DNA of 64,000 nucleotides from Candidatus Poribacteria bacterium. Its GTDB lineage: Bacteria; Poribacteria; WGA-4E; PCPOR2b. Each line of letters opens with the position of its first letter. Position 1 is the first letter of the stretch. The position numbers were made by a program, and so were the translations under genes. The notes beneath the pieces are model-generated. The model had not been told where the DNA came from. It was given only the letters and a program-made list of their open reading frames with translations, and made no database searches. Shown here piece by piece: positions 10,051 to 19,400 of the stretch. The stretch lies in NCBI GenBank assembly GCA_965208675.1, contig OZ242351.1, forward strand, positions 3,656,387 through 3,720,386. Direction: 5' to 3'.

Positions 10051-13000
10051 TTATCCGCTAAACTTCGCCGAGACGACTTTCGACACCCCCGCCTGCTCCA
10101 TCGTCACGCCATACATCGTATCGGCAATCTCCATCGTTCGTTTGTTGTGGGTAATAATGATAAGCTGTGTCTGTTCAGCGTATTTCCGAATGAGGTTGGT
10201 GAAGCGGAGTACGTTCGCTTCATCTAGCGCGGCATCAACTTCATCAAGAACACAGAAGGGGCTCGGTTTGATTTTGAAGATTGCAAACAGCAGAGCGATA
10301 GCAACCAATGACCGTTCACCGCCGGACAGTTGTGTTATACTCTGAGGGCGTTTCCCCGGCGGACAGGCGATAATTTCAATCCCGGCTTCTAACACATCGG
10401 ACTCGTCCGTTAACCGCAATTCCGTCTCCCCGCCGTTGAAGAGTTCCTCAAAAACAGCCTGGAAGTTAGATCGAATCTGCTCAAAGGTATTGAGGAAGGC
10501 GTCCCGTGAGGTCTTGTTTATCTTTTGAATCGCCTGATAGGTTGATTCCAGCGACTTCTGCAAATCTTCACGCTGCTCCGCGAAAAAAACCTCGCGTTTC
10601 TTGTGTTCGTGATACTCTTCAATCGCCACTAGGTTTACGGAACCCATGCTCTCAATCTGAACCTTCAGCGTCTCAATCCCGTCCATCAACTCAAGATTGC
10701 TAGACGGATGCTCTTCAACTTCAATCTGATCTATGGACACCTGATATTTGTCCTGAATGCGCGCGGAGATTGCCTTCAGTTGCATCTCCAATTGTGTAGT
10801 CGTTACCTCCAAGTGATGCCGCATGCGGTTATGTTTATCAAATTCACGCCTCGCTCTGCGCATCAGTTTCTGTGCTTCAGCAATCTGTTCGATTAAACCA
10901 TCACGCTCCGCTTCCAGTTGACTCACACACTCTTCGGCTTCAAATTTCCGACCCTCCGCCTGCACAAATTGGCGCTGAGCTTCGTCAATCTGTTCCGAGA
11001 GATTCTGTTGCGTCTGGTTGTCCGAGTCAATAATTTCCTGATGTTCTCCAATGCTCTCGCTGATTTGCACCTGATTTTTCTGCAGTGTTGCGAGCTCACT
11101 GCCCAAACCCTGTAATCTCTCACGCTTGCCAGCCAGATTAATTTCAAGTTCCTGACACGATTCTGAAACTTCATCTCGCTTCTTACACTCGACTTCAATC
11201 TGCTCAGATAGGCGTTCAATCCGCCGCTGTAGTGTATGTTGTGTTTTTTGGTCTTCCGCAAGTTGGCTTTGAAGCGCCTTCCGGTCTGTCTTGACCTTCT
11301 CCGTTTCCTGATGGAGACTTGCGCCTTCCGTTTCAGCATCGGTCAGTTGCGAGTTGAGATGCGTTAATTTGTCATGAAACTGTTCCAAATCCTTTGTCAC
11401 GCTTGCACGTTCGATTTCGTTGTCTTGCTGTTTCGAGATTAGCGTTTGGCGAGTCTGCTGTAGCTGCGCTAACAGTTTGACATGTTCTTTGCGTTTGACG
11501 TCTTTCTTGCTCACAACGCCCGTCAGTTGATCGATTCGCTCCTGTAAATCTCCCAACTCTCTCGGCCGGCTAAGCAGGCCGCTGGTTTGAGTTTTGCTGG
11601 AACCACCTGTGACTGCACCGGAGGTATTGATCAATTCCCCTTCCAACGTGACCAAACGCGCGTTTGGACGGAAACTCCGCGTCAATTCTATTGCCCTGTC
11701 GATATTTTCAATGACGACTGTATTTCCCAACAGTTGTTGAACCGCAACTGTATATTTTGGATCGTATTCCAGCAGTTCGGAGGCTAAACCGATTACACCG
11801 GTTTGATTGAGCAGGTTGTTGTCCCGGAAGGAACGGGAACGGAGAATATCCAGAGGCAAGAAAGTCACCCGACCAGCCTGTGTCTCCTTGAGAAATGTAA
11901 TCCCCGCCTGGGCATCCTCCGCCGTTTCTGTAACGACGTTTTGGAGGGCGTTGCCCAACGCCACTTCCATGGCTAACTCGTAGTCTGGCTCGGTGCGAAT
12001 CAGTTCCGCGATAACTCCGCAAACCCCGCCGAATCGTTCGGGATGTATTTCTCTAGCTTTTAAAATAGCTCGTACGCCTGTATAATAACCCTCGTGGGCA
12101 GCTTTTAATTCCTGCAATGATTTGAGACGCGATACGCTCATGCCAAGCGAATCTTGAAGGCCGCGCATCTCAGATTCCAGCTTCCGAAGTTCATCTTGAT
12201 GATGTTGCAGTTTTTCTTCAGTGTTTTGTTTTTCAGTGTCAACCCGAAATTGGTCCGCAGTTAACTGTTGCTCGCGTTTCTGTGCCTTTGTTTGTGCTTC
12301 CTTCGCGGTTTCCAGTTCGGTTTGCAACACCCTTGAGTTCTCAACAACCCGGTTCAAATTGTCCGATGAATACGCAAGTTTGCCTTCGAGTGAAGTGAGC
12401 TGCGCTTCCGCCTGCGAAACTTGGGTGTTCGTTTCATCCAACTGTCCTCTAGTTGTATTCACTGTCTGCTCAGCGTCATTTACTCGCGTAGTGAGTTCTG
12501 TTAGAACGCGGCGCCGCGCGGTTAGGCGGCTTTCCTCCAGCTTGAGCGCGACATCCAGTTGTGTCCGTTCTCGGTTGCGTTCATCCTTTTGGGATTCGAG
12601 TTCAGCGTGCTGTTTCTCCAACGATTCAATCGCTTGAACCGCACGTTGACGCTGCTGCTGGATATTTAACTGTCGTTCCTTGTAAAGCGCAATCTGTCGC
12701 TCCGTCTTCTCAATTTCACCCATGAATTGACGTACGACCTCTTGCGCATCCCGGATAGATGCGTCTAATTCAGACCGTTTCTCTGTTGCCTCTTCAATCT
12801 GTCCTTCGGTCGTTTCAATTGTCGCATTTGCGCCCGCCGTCAGACTCAAAATTTCATCCAAGCTTAGTTGTGTTTCGGTCAGCTCCTTGACAAAGCGTCC
12901 GTGCTCCCGGCGATTCAGTTCCAGTTCCAACGTTTTTAACTGATCGTGCAATCGTTGATAACTCTCAGCTTCTTGCGCTTGCCGTTTGAGCGACTCGGTT

Positions 13001-13653
13001 TCGCGCTGCAATTCGTGAATGATATCGTTGATCCGCACTAGGTTTTGCTCCGTGGCTTCCAATTTCTTTATCGCGGCTTTTTTGCGGCGCTTATATTTGG
13101 TGATACCCGCAACTTCATCAAACAGAAAGCGGCGTTCCTCCGGACGATTGTTGAGGATGAGGTCAATCTTGGCCTGTTCCATTATGGAGTATGCATCAAC
13201 ACCGATACCGGTGTCCATAAAGAGTTCCGTGATATTTCGCAGCAGGCAGGGGCTCTGATTGATGAAATAATCGCTCTCACCACTTCGTGTCAATTGGCGG
13301 CGAACCTCAATCTCCGGAGATTCGAGCGCGAGTTTTCCATCGACGTTGGTGAAACGCAAAGAAACATGCGTCTTTGGCGCCGGTTTGAAATTAGCACCGC
13401 CGTTGAAAATGATGTCCTGCATAGTGGCGCAGCGAAGCGCACGCGCACTCTGTTCGCCAAGCACCCACCGGATGGCGTCGGAAACGTTGCTTTTGCCGCA
13501 GCCGTTCGGTCCCACAACCACAGTGACGCCCGGCTCGAGCAGTAATACCGTCTCTTCGGCAAAACTCTTAAAGCTACTGATTTTAATCTGATTGAGATAC
13601 AACGGGTTTCCTCCTTCGATTGACAGACTGTTCGGCAAGCCTACTTCATTCAA
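10051..13653 (-). CDS. smc: Chromosome segregation protein SMC
   Basis: 1200 aa. N-terminal Walker A FKSFAEETVLLLEPGVTVVVGPNGCGKSNVSDAIRWVLGEQS. Long coiled coils. Hinge. C-terminal signature LSGGERSLVAIALLFAIF plus Walker B FCVLDEVDAALD. Confidence 0.92.
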   Translation of the reverse strand: MNEVGLPNSLSIEGGNPLYLNQIKISSFKSFAEETVLLLEPGVTVVVGPNGCGKSNVSDAIRWVLGEQSARALRCATMQDIIFNGGANFKPAPKTHVSLRFTNVDGKLALESPEIEVRRQLTRSGESDYFINQSPCLLRNITELFMDTGIGVDAYSIMEQAKIDLILNNRPEERRFLFDEVAGITKYKRRKKAAIKKLEATEQNLVRINDIIHELQRETESLKRQAQEAESYQRLHDQLKTLELELNRREHGRFVKELTETQLSLDEILSLTAGANATIETTEGQIEEATEKRSELDASIRDAQEVVRQFMGEIEKTERQIALYKERQLNIQQQRQRAVQAIESLEKQHAELESQKDERNRERTQLDVALKLEESRLTARRRVLTELTTRVNDAEQTVNTTRGQLDETNTQVSQAEAQLTSLEGKLAYSSDNLNRVVENSRVLQTELETAKEAQTKAQKREQQLTADQFRVDTEKQNTEEKLQHHQDELRKLESEMRGLQDSLGMSVSRLKSLQELKAAHEGYYTGVRAILKAREIHPERFGGVCGVIAELIRTEPDYELAMEVALGNALQNVVTETAEDAQAGITFLKETQAGRVTFLPLDILRSRSFRDNNLLNQTGVIGLASELLEYDPKYTVAVQQLLGNTVVIENIDRAIELTRSFRPNARLVTLEGELINTSGAVTGGSSKTQTSGLLSRPRELGDLQERIDQLTGVVSKKDVKRKEHVKLLAQLQQTRQTLISKQQDNEIERASVTKDLEQFHDKLTHLNSQLTDAETEGASLHQETEKVKTDRKALQSQLAEDQKTQHTLQRRIERLSEQIEVECKKRDEVSESCQELEINLAGKRERLQGLGSELATLQKNQVQISESIGEHQEIIDSDNQTQQNLSEQIDEAQRQFVQAEGRKFEAEECVSQLEAERDGLIEQIAEAQKLMRRARREFDKHNRMRHHLEVTTTQLEMQLKAISARIQDKYQVSIDQIEVEEHPSSNLELMDGIETLKVQIESMGSVNLVAIEEYHEHKKREVFFAEQREDLQKSLESTYQAIQKINKTSRDAFLNTFEQIRSNFQAVFEELFNGGETELRLTDESDVLEAGIEIIACPPGKRPQSITQLSGGERSLVAIALLFAIFKIKPSPFCVLDEVDAALDEANVLRFTNLIRKYAEQTQLIIITHNKRTMEIADTMYGVTMEQAGVSKVVSAKFSG

Positions 13654-14008
13654 CGTGAATACGTAATGGTGCGTTTCAAGTCCTCATAAGAAAAATCCGT
13701 CGCTTTAATTTGTAACTCCTCATCGGTTTTAATCCAATTCAAGATACGGAATGATAGCGCATTGTCGTCGTCTCTAGATAGATGAACGTGCGCCGAAGCT
13801 TCCACAGGAACCCTCTCTCATAAAATCGGCGCCAGTTTCGGTGCATCATGTTGGTCATGGTTGGACCCTGTCACACCACCAATTATAGAATTTATTGCGT
13901 GTGTGAAGGGGCGAGCAACGCTGCTGTATGACGCAGGCCAACTAACTGAAGCAGATGAAAAACACACGGCAATTACGCGGCTGTGTTCGCCAAGCGCAAA
14001 ACTTGATA

Positions 14009-14037
14009 TTGACAAAGACTGACAGTTGTGCTATAAT
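14009..14037 (+). promoter_or_regulatory. Consensus sigma-70 promoter (TTGACA-N17-TATAAT) reading toward the 14157 CDS
   Basis: TTGACA at 14009-14014, an exact 17-nt spacer, TATAAT at 14032-14037. Lies about 120 nt upstream of the ATG. Confidence 0.6.
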
Positions 14038-14156
14038 CGCTTAGGTTGTGACTTGCACCCATGATGAGCATTTATTCTTGACGATACATTACCAGATGCA
14101 CAGATTCCAATATCCAAGCATATTTTTCAATCTCAAATTTAGATTACGAATTCGGA

Positions 14157-14768
14157 ATGGAGAACAATCGGATGAACATAGAGCAACGCTTCGATGAAAT
14201 CATTGAGAATCGGAATTTGCTCAACCACCCCTTTTATTTAGCTTGGAGCGCAGGCCAGTTGCCCCAAGACGCATTGCGAACATACGCCCGTGAGTACGGC
14301 GCCTTCATCGCGCTTGTACCTGATGGTTGGCAAACTTTGAACGAACAGGAAATTGCGCAAGAAGAAAAAGAACATCTCGAAATGTGGAAAGACTTTGCAC
14401 AAGGATTGGGAACACACGTTGGCGAAGCCCATGTTGCGCAGGTGAAAAATCTGGTTGGCGTCGCACGGTCGCTATGGGAAAACCCGGAAACTGCACTGGG
14501 AGCGCTTTATGCCTTTGAAGCCCAGCAGCCCGCCACATCAAAGTCTAAACTCGAAGGGTTGAGAGCGTTTTACCAACTGCCGGGTGAAGTAGAACCTTAC
14601 TTTGAAATCCACTCTCATAATGAGCACGAATCGGAAAAACTGCTGCATCGAATGCAACAACTTGCTCCAGGCGAACAAGATTCTGCTTTTCAAGCTTGTG
14701 AGAAAATGTGCGACGCGCTTTGGTCGGCACTCAGCGGTATTTATGATGCGGAATGCGCGGTTAACTAA
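14157..14768 (+). CDS. TenA/PqqC-like (haem-oxygenase-like fold) family protein
   Basis: 203 aa. N-terminal IENRNLLNHPFYLAWSAGQLPQDALRTYAREYGAFI is typical of the TenA/PqqC/iron-containing redox enzyme superfamily. Assigned by motif only. Confidence 0.45.
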   Translation: MENNRMNIEQRFDEIIENRNLLNHPFYLAWSAGQLPQDALRTYAREYGAFIALVPDGWQTLNEQEIAQEEKEHLEMWKDFAQGLGTHVGEAHVAQVKNLVGVARSLWENPETALGALYAFEAQQPATSKSKLEGLRAFYQLPGEVEPYFEIHSHNEHESEKLLHRMQQLAPGEQDSAFQACEKMCDALWSALSGIYDAECAVN

Positions 14769-14985
14769 CGCTCAATATTAAAGCCGTATACCGGGCGCTC
14801 CTAATGGCTGAGGGCATGAGGAACGGCATTAATCTCTCATTAATTTCCGTCTGCGATGCCCCTCGCCTCCCATTCCACAAACCTCACCTACCCGTGTACG
14901 ATTGAGAGTAATTCTGTATAAGCAGATGACAGTTTAATCGTCGATACGCTCTATTGTTTGTACAGAATTACAAAATACGGCAACT

Positions 14986-15386
14986 TCAGTAGCTGTTAGA
15001 TTCATCTGATTTGGGGTCCGACCCAAATCGCAATACGTGATTATCAAGGTCTTCCACTTTCATTTCGTACGCCCAGGGGTAGTTTGTTGGGACCTCTCGA
15101 TTCGTAGCACCGCTCGCTTGGTGTTCTTCATATAACTTCTCGACATCCTCGACACTTATCCAAGTCCAGGTTCCAGCTTGTCCCTGATCGCCGTGGCATA
15201 GCATTATATGACAGTGGCCGCGTGATACAGACCCAAAGCCTGGCGGATCTCCCCAATCCCAATCCTCTTAAAACCGAGCACTTTTACATAATAGTCGATA
15301 CTGGCTGGAAAATTCTTGACATTGAAGATGGGTATGATGCACGCAAACTTGGTTTTTGTCCTTTTCATTGCATCCGCACTCGGCAT
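14986..15386 (-). pseudogene. VOC/glyoxalase-family gene interrupted by a frameshift
   Basis: Two abutting minus-strand ORFs, 15386..15204 and 15204..14986, overlap by 1 nt. Together they make a roughly 130-aa VOC protein: the N-half reads ...FNVKNFPASIDYYVKVLGFKRI and the C-half reads ...SVEDVEKLYEEHQASGA...PWAYEMKVEDLDNHVLRFG. Confidence 0.5.
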
Positions 15387-15705
15387 TTCAAGAATTACGT
15401 TCCGTCAGAATTGTGTCCGCAAGTGTTGACCATTATGGCACAATTGGCAGTATTGTGTCAAACAGTATTCCCCACCCACTGGCATACGTAACAAACGCTT
15501 TCGTCTTCTATCTCGCCTCGATTTCCCACTCAACAAATTTCCCGCTGAATTTTTCTTCCAGTCTGTGAACTTTTCATTTCCTTGCGGTGTCATTTAGAAT
15601 GGAAGCTTACCGGATGACCTATCGCCCCGCCTTTCGCCGGTAATTTTGATAAGCAATATCAAAGTGTCCTGAACCTAAGTCGGTACTTTCTTAAGCTGAT
15701 GAGCA

Positions 15706-16320
15706 TTGATATTACAATCCGATGAATTTCTCATTGATAAGATTCTTGAACGCGATGCGGAGGCGTTTGAAGTGCTTTGGGCACGATATAGCGCGTCCGT
15801 CCGCCGACACATCATACGCACCGTACAGGACGAAAGTGCAGCCGAGGATTTGGTTCAGGAAGCATTCTTGCGTCTATGGACATCCGCTGAGCAGTGGGAT
15901 GGGCGAGGCAACTTCAAGGGGTGGTTCTTCCGTATCGCCACAAACCTCGCCCTCAATCACCTGCGCGCCCTGCGTCGGCAGAAGCAACAGCCCCTCGAAA
16001 TACCGCTGGACGATTTTGATGATACGGACGACTACTCGTCCGACCCGGATTGGATGATTGACACATCGTTACGCAGTCCCGATGTGATGCTAGAACAAGC
16101 CGAGCAGTCTAATCTGCTCTGGCGGCTGGTTGAAGAACTGCCCGAAGATAAACGAGAAGTGCTTCACCTTGTATATCGGAAAGAGATGAATCTTCGTGAC
16201 GTTGCCGCTGAGATTGGCATCCCGGAAGGCACGGTGAAGTCGCGTTTACACTATTCCATAAAGCGTCTCGCTCAAGCATGGAAGGAGATTACAGGCGAAT
16301 ACGAGGAAGATAGTCAGTGA
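15706..16320 (+). CDS. ECF-type RNA polymerase sigma factor (sigma-70 family, regions 2 and 4)
   Basis: 204 aa. Region 2 reads DAEAFEVLWARYSASVRRHI...AEDLVQEAFLRLW. Region 4 reads REVLHLVYRKEMNLRDVAAEIGIPEGTVKSRLHYSIKRL. TTG start at 15706 and TGA stop at 16318-16320. Confidence 0.85.
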   Translation: MILQSDEFLIDKILERDAEAFEVLWARYSASVRRHIIRTVQDESAAEDLVQEAFLRLWTSAEQWDGRGNFKGWFFRIATNLALNHLRALRRQKQQPLEIPLDDFDDTDDYSSDPDWMIDTSLRSPDVMLEQAEQSNLLWRLVEELPEDKREVLHLVYRKEMNLRDVAAEIGIPEGTVKSRLHYSIKRLAQAWKEITGEYEEDSQ

Positions 16321-16380
16321 ACAAGCGAGGCTATTACTCGCCACGCATTACGCATTCCGTATTACACATCACGATTCACG

Positions 16381-16408
16381 CTACACACTACACACTACAC
16401 ACTACACG
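16381..16408 (+). repeat. Heptanucleotide tandem repeat (CTACACA)x3 plus CTACACG in the sigma/mini-RNAP intergenic spacer
   Basis: Read directly from sequence: ctacaca ctacaca ctacaca ctacacg. Confidence 0.8.
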
Positions 16409-16420
16409 AAATTCCCAATG

Positions 16421-16430
16421 GGAGGAGGAG
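16421..16430 (+). promoter_or_regulatory. Strong Shine-Dalgarno (GGAGGAGGAG) 6 nt before ATG 16437
   Basis: ggaggaggag accgca ATG. This supports 16437, not the GTG at 16317 used by the ORF track, as the real start of the downstream CDS. Confidence 0.6.
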
Positions 16431-16436
16431 ACCGCA

Positions 16437-19400
16437 ATGTCACACAACATCACCGCATTATGGCACAAAAAATCTTTTGACCAACTGATGAACAATCGGC
16501 TGCCAGACCTACTCGCCGAGCGATTGCCGATAGCTGGCTACCATTTTGAACCTACCAGCACCTACACCGGTTGTATCAAAATCTCCCTCACGTCAACTGA
16601 TGGCGACGTTGAAGTCGAATACACCGATATCCCGCAACCGGACAAGGAAGGGATGTTCAAAATTGACGGAGAAAACTATGTTGTCGTTCCAACGGCTTCG
16701 ACTGATAACCTGAAAAAAGCGAAAATCAGATGTATTGGAGAGCAACTATATAGTTATATCAAAATGCGCTTGAAAGGTGCCACCTTAGACCTGTCATGGG
16801 AAACAGCCCCTGTACGATCATGGCTCCCGCTTGATAAATGGATACAGGAATTCTTTCGTGACACATTTTACTCGCAGAAACTTCAGGAGACCAACTGGCT
16901 CGACAAGTATAGGCATCTTCGACGGTTATACGTTCTGAACCGCGAGCAGGTATTCACGCCCTCCCACTTCGGGCGGGCATGCCCTTTCGAGACGCCAGAG
17001 GGGCCAAACATAGGTCGAATCCTTACGATTGCTAGGGGCGCCGAGATTCGCGGCGGAAAACTGGTCGTCGTTGATGAAAACCCCGAAGCAAACCTCGGCT
17101 TAGCATCGGCAATGATCCCATTTCTTGAACACAACGATCCTGCCCAGACAATGATGGGGGCTAACATGTTGTGTCAGTGGATGGCGCCTTCGTCTCCGGA
17201 GACAGCTCCACTACGCCAAGCCAAAGAGATACCGAGGTTGGCTGCTGCTCCGGAGCCCGCACTTGTCCAAACTGGTTTAGAACCGGATGTGCCCGACTTT
17301 TGGTGCGGTCGCAACCTATTGACCGCTTTCATTTCTTGGGGCGGCGATACCTTCGAAGACGGCATCGTGATAAGCCGGTCGTGCGCAGCGCGTCTAAAAT
17401 TTCCTTATGCAGTTGAACCCGGCGATAAGATTGGCAACCGTCATGGAACGAAAGGCGTCGTTTCGCGCATCCTGCCTGACGATGAGATGCCGCACCTTGC
17501 CGACGGTACACCGGTGGAACTTGTATTCAGTTTCGGTGGCTTGCACGCGCTAATGAACCTCGGTCAATTACGAGAGGCGGTGATGGGGCGTATTGCACGA
17601 CTGGAAAATAAGCCAGCTATCGTGCCGCCATTCCGCGCTCCCTGTGCGGATGAATTGCGCGAACGCCTTAAGAACGCAGGACTTCCGGAAGATGGAATGG
17701 AACGCCTTACATTTGGGAGGAACGGTAATAAGGTGGGGCGGCATAGCACAGTCGGTTGGGTGTATTGGGGACGTCTGGCTCATATTGCGTTAGATAAAAT
17801 AAAAGCCTCCGACTCAACCGATATTGAAGACCATAGGTACTTCCAAACACTTGGTGAACTTGAATACGATAGACTACGCAACGCCTCAGTACTTGAAACA
17901 TTGAGGGAACATTTTAACACCCGCGCCATGAATCGGACTGATGCGCATACGTTAGCGGAGCGCGTCGCAATAGGCGAAGTTGAGCAGGCGGGTCCGCCGA
18001 CGCCGATGTTCGCTAACCTCACGAATCGACTCTCGGCAGCAGGAATTTGGGCCGAACTCTACGGCGGCAAGTTGATTTTTAAATTTGGGCGACCGAATGG
18101 AAATACGCTCAAGCTTGCTCAGCCCGTCCCTTATCCGTGGTGCCGCGATCGAATCCTTGATGAAGTCGGGGTCCGTGAAGGCATGCCTGAATATCAGTCG
18201 CTTGCCGATGTCAACGCCAGGGCTGACCGTATGCTTGCGAGTAATGCACCGGAAAGTTTAACCCGCCAAACCATCGTGCAGCTCCAAACCCGCGTCGCGG
18301 ATTATGTCAATGCGCTCCTAAGCCCAACCGTCATGAACTTTAAGTCACGGAGCCTCTTCAGCGGACGCGCTGTCATAGCACCGGGTGCAGAGTTACACGC
18401 TGATCAGGTCGGTATTCCGGAGGAGATGGCGTGGGCACTCTTTGGACATCATGTTACAAATCGGCTCGGTGATGCCGAAGAAGTACGGCGGCGTAGTCAA
18501 GGTGCAACACAAATCCTGGATGAATTGATGGCGGGTTCGTGGGTAATTGTGCTTCGTCCACCGGCGCATACACTCACTAACCTCGTTGCGTTCCATCCGG
18601 TGCGGCACCCCGACCGTGTCATCCGCGTGCATCCATTCGTGTGCGAGTTTATGAACGCCAATTTTGACGGCGATCAAGCAGCAGTCTTTCTCCCAATCAC
18701 TGAAACCGGACAACGCGAAGCCGGTGAACGGCTTTCCATCGCCGGGCATCTGAAACACGACCCAAGTTTATCCAAATTGCTGGCACCGACGCATGACGCG
18801 ATGTGGGGATTGGCACATTTAAGCCTCACCCCGGAAGGGCGCGGCGAAATCGCAGAGATTGTCGGAACCAACATCCCCGCCCCAGACGGTCTGGTTAGAC
18901 AAGATTCGCTGGCAAAGTCACTAGAAGCCATCCTCAAATGCGATGGAATAGACCGCACGATTGAAATAGCCGAGCGTCTAATGCGGCGCGGGCTCGCAAT
19001 TACTAAGGAATCGGGTGCCTCCATGAGCCCATTTATCAGTAGACCCGCTGGCAGCCCATCCGTTCCGGTAGATCCCGATGATGCACCCGCTTGGAACGCT
19101 CACGCAGAGGAACTTATCGAGTGGCTTGCCGCGTGTAACGACTTCGCGGACAACAACTTGGGACCGCACATCCTTGCGGCAAAAAGCCAAGACGCACGCA
19201 GTAGACTTTATCGAATCGCTTGCTGTGTCGGGGCAAGAGGTACGGTTTTGGACCTTCGAGGAAGAGATATCATCGTTCGCAACGGGTATAGCGACGGTTT
19301 AACACCCGGTGAACTTTACCCGCTTTCCGTCACTTCGCGGGAGGAGATTGTGCGGCTCAATTTGGAACGGCAACGGATAGAATTGGAATTGCGCAACGAC

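Noticed and set aside
10142-13591. Numerous short ORFs on both strands inside smc (for example 10923-11339, 12221-12637, 13045-13545)
   Set aside because: They overlap the 1200-aa smc frame, are skewed in composition and have no motifs. They are artefacts of the long coiled-coil gene.
15722-16057. 111-aa ORF overlapping the ECF sigma gene in another frame
   Set aside because: The sigma frame carries clear region 2 and region 4 motifs. The alternative frame is Arg/Ser-rich with no homology features.
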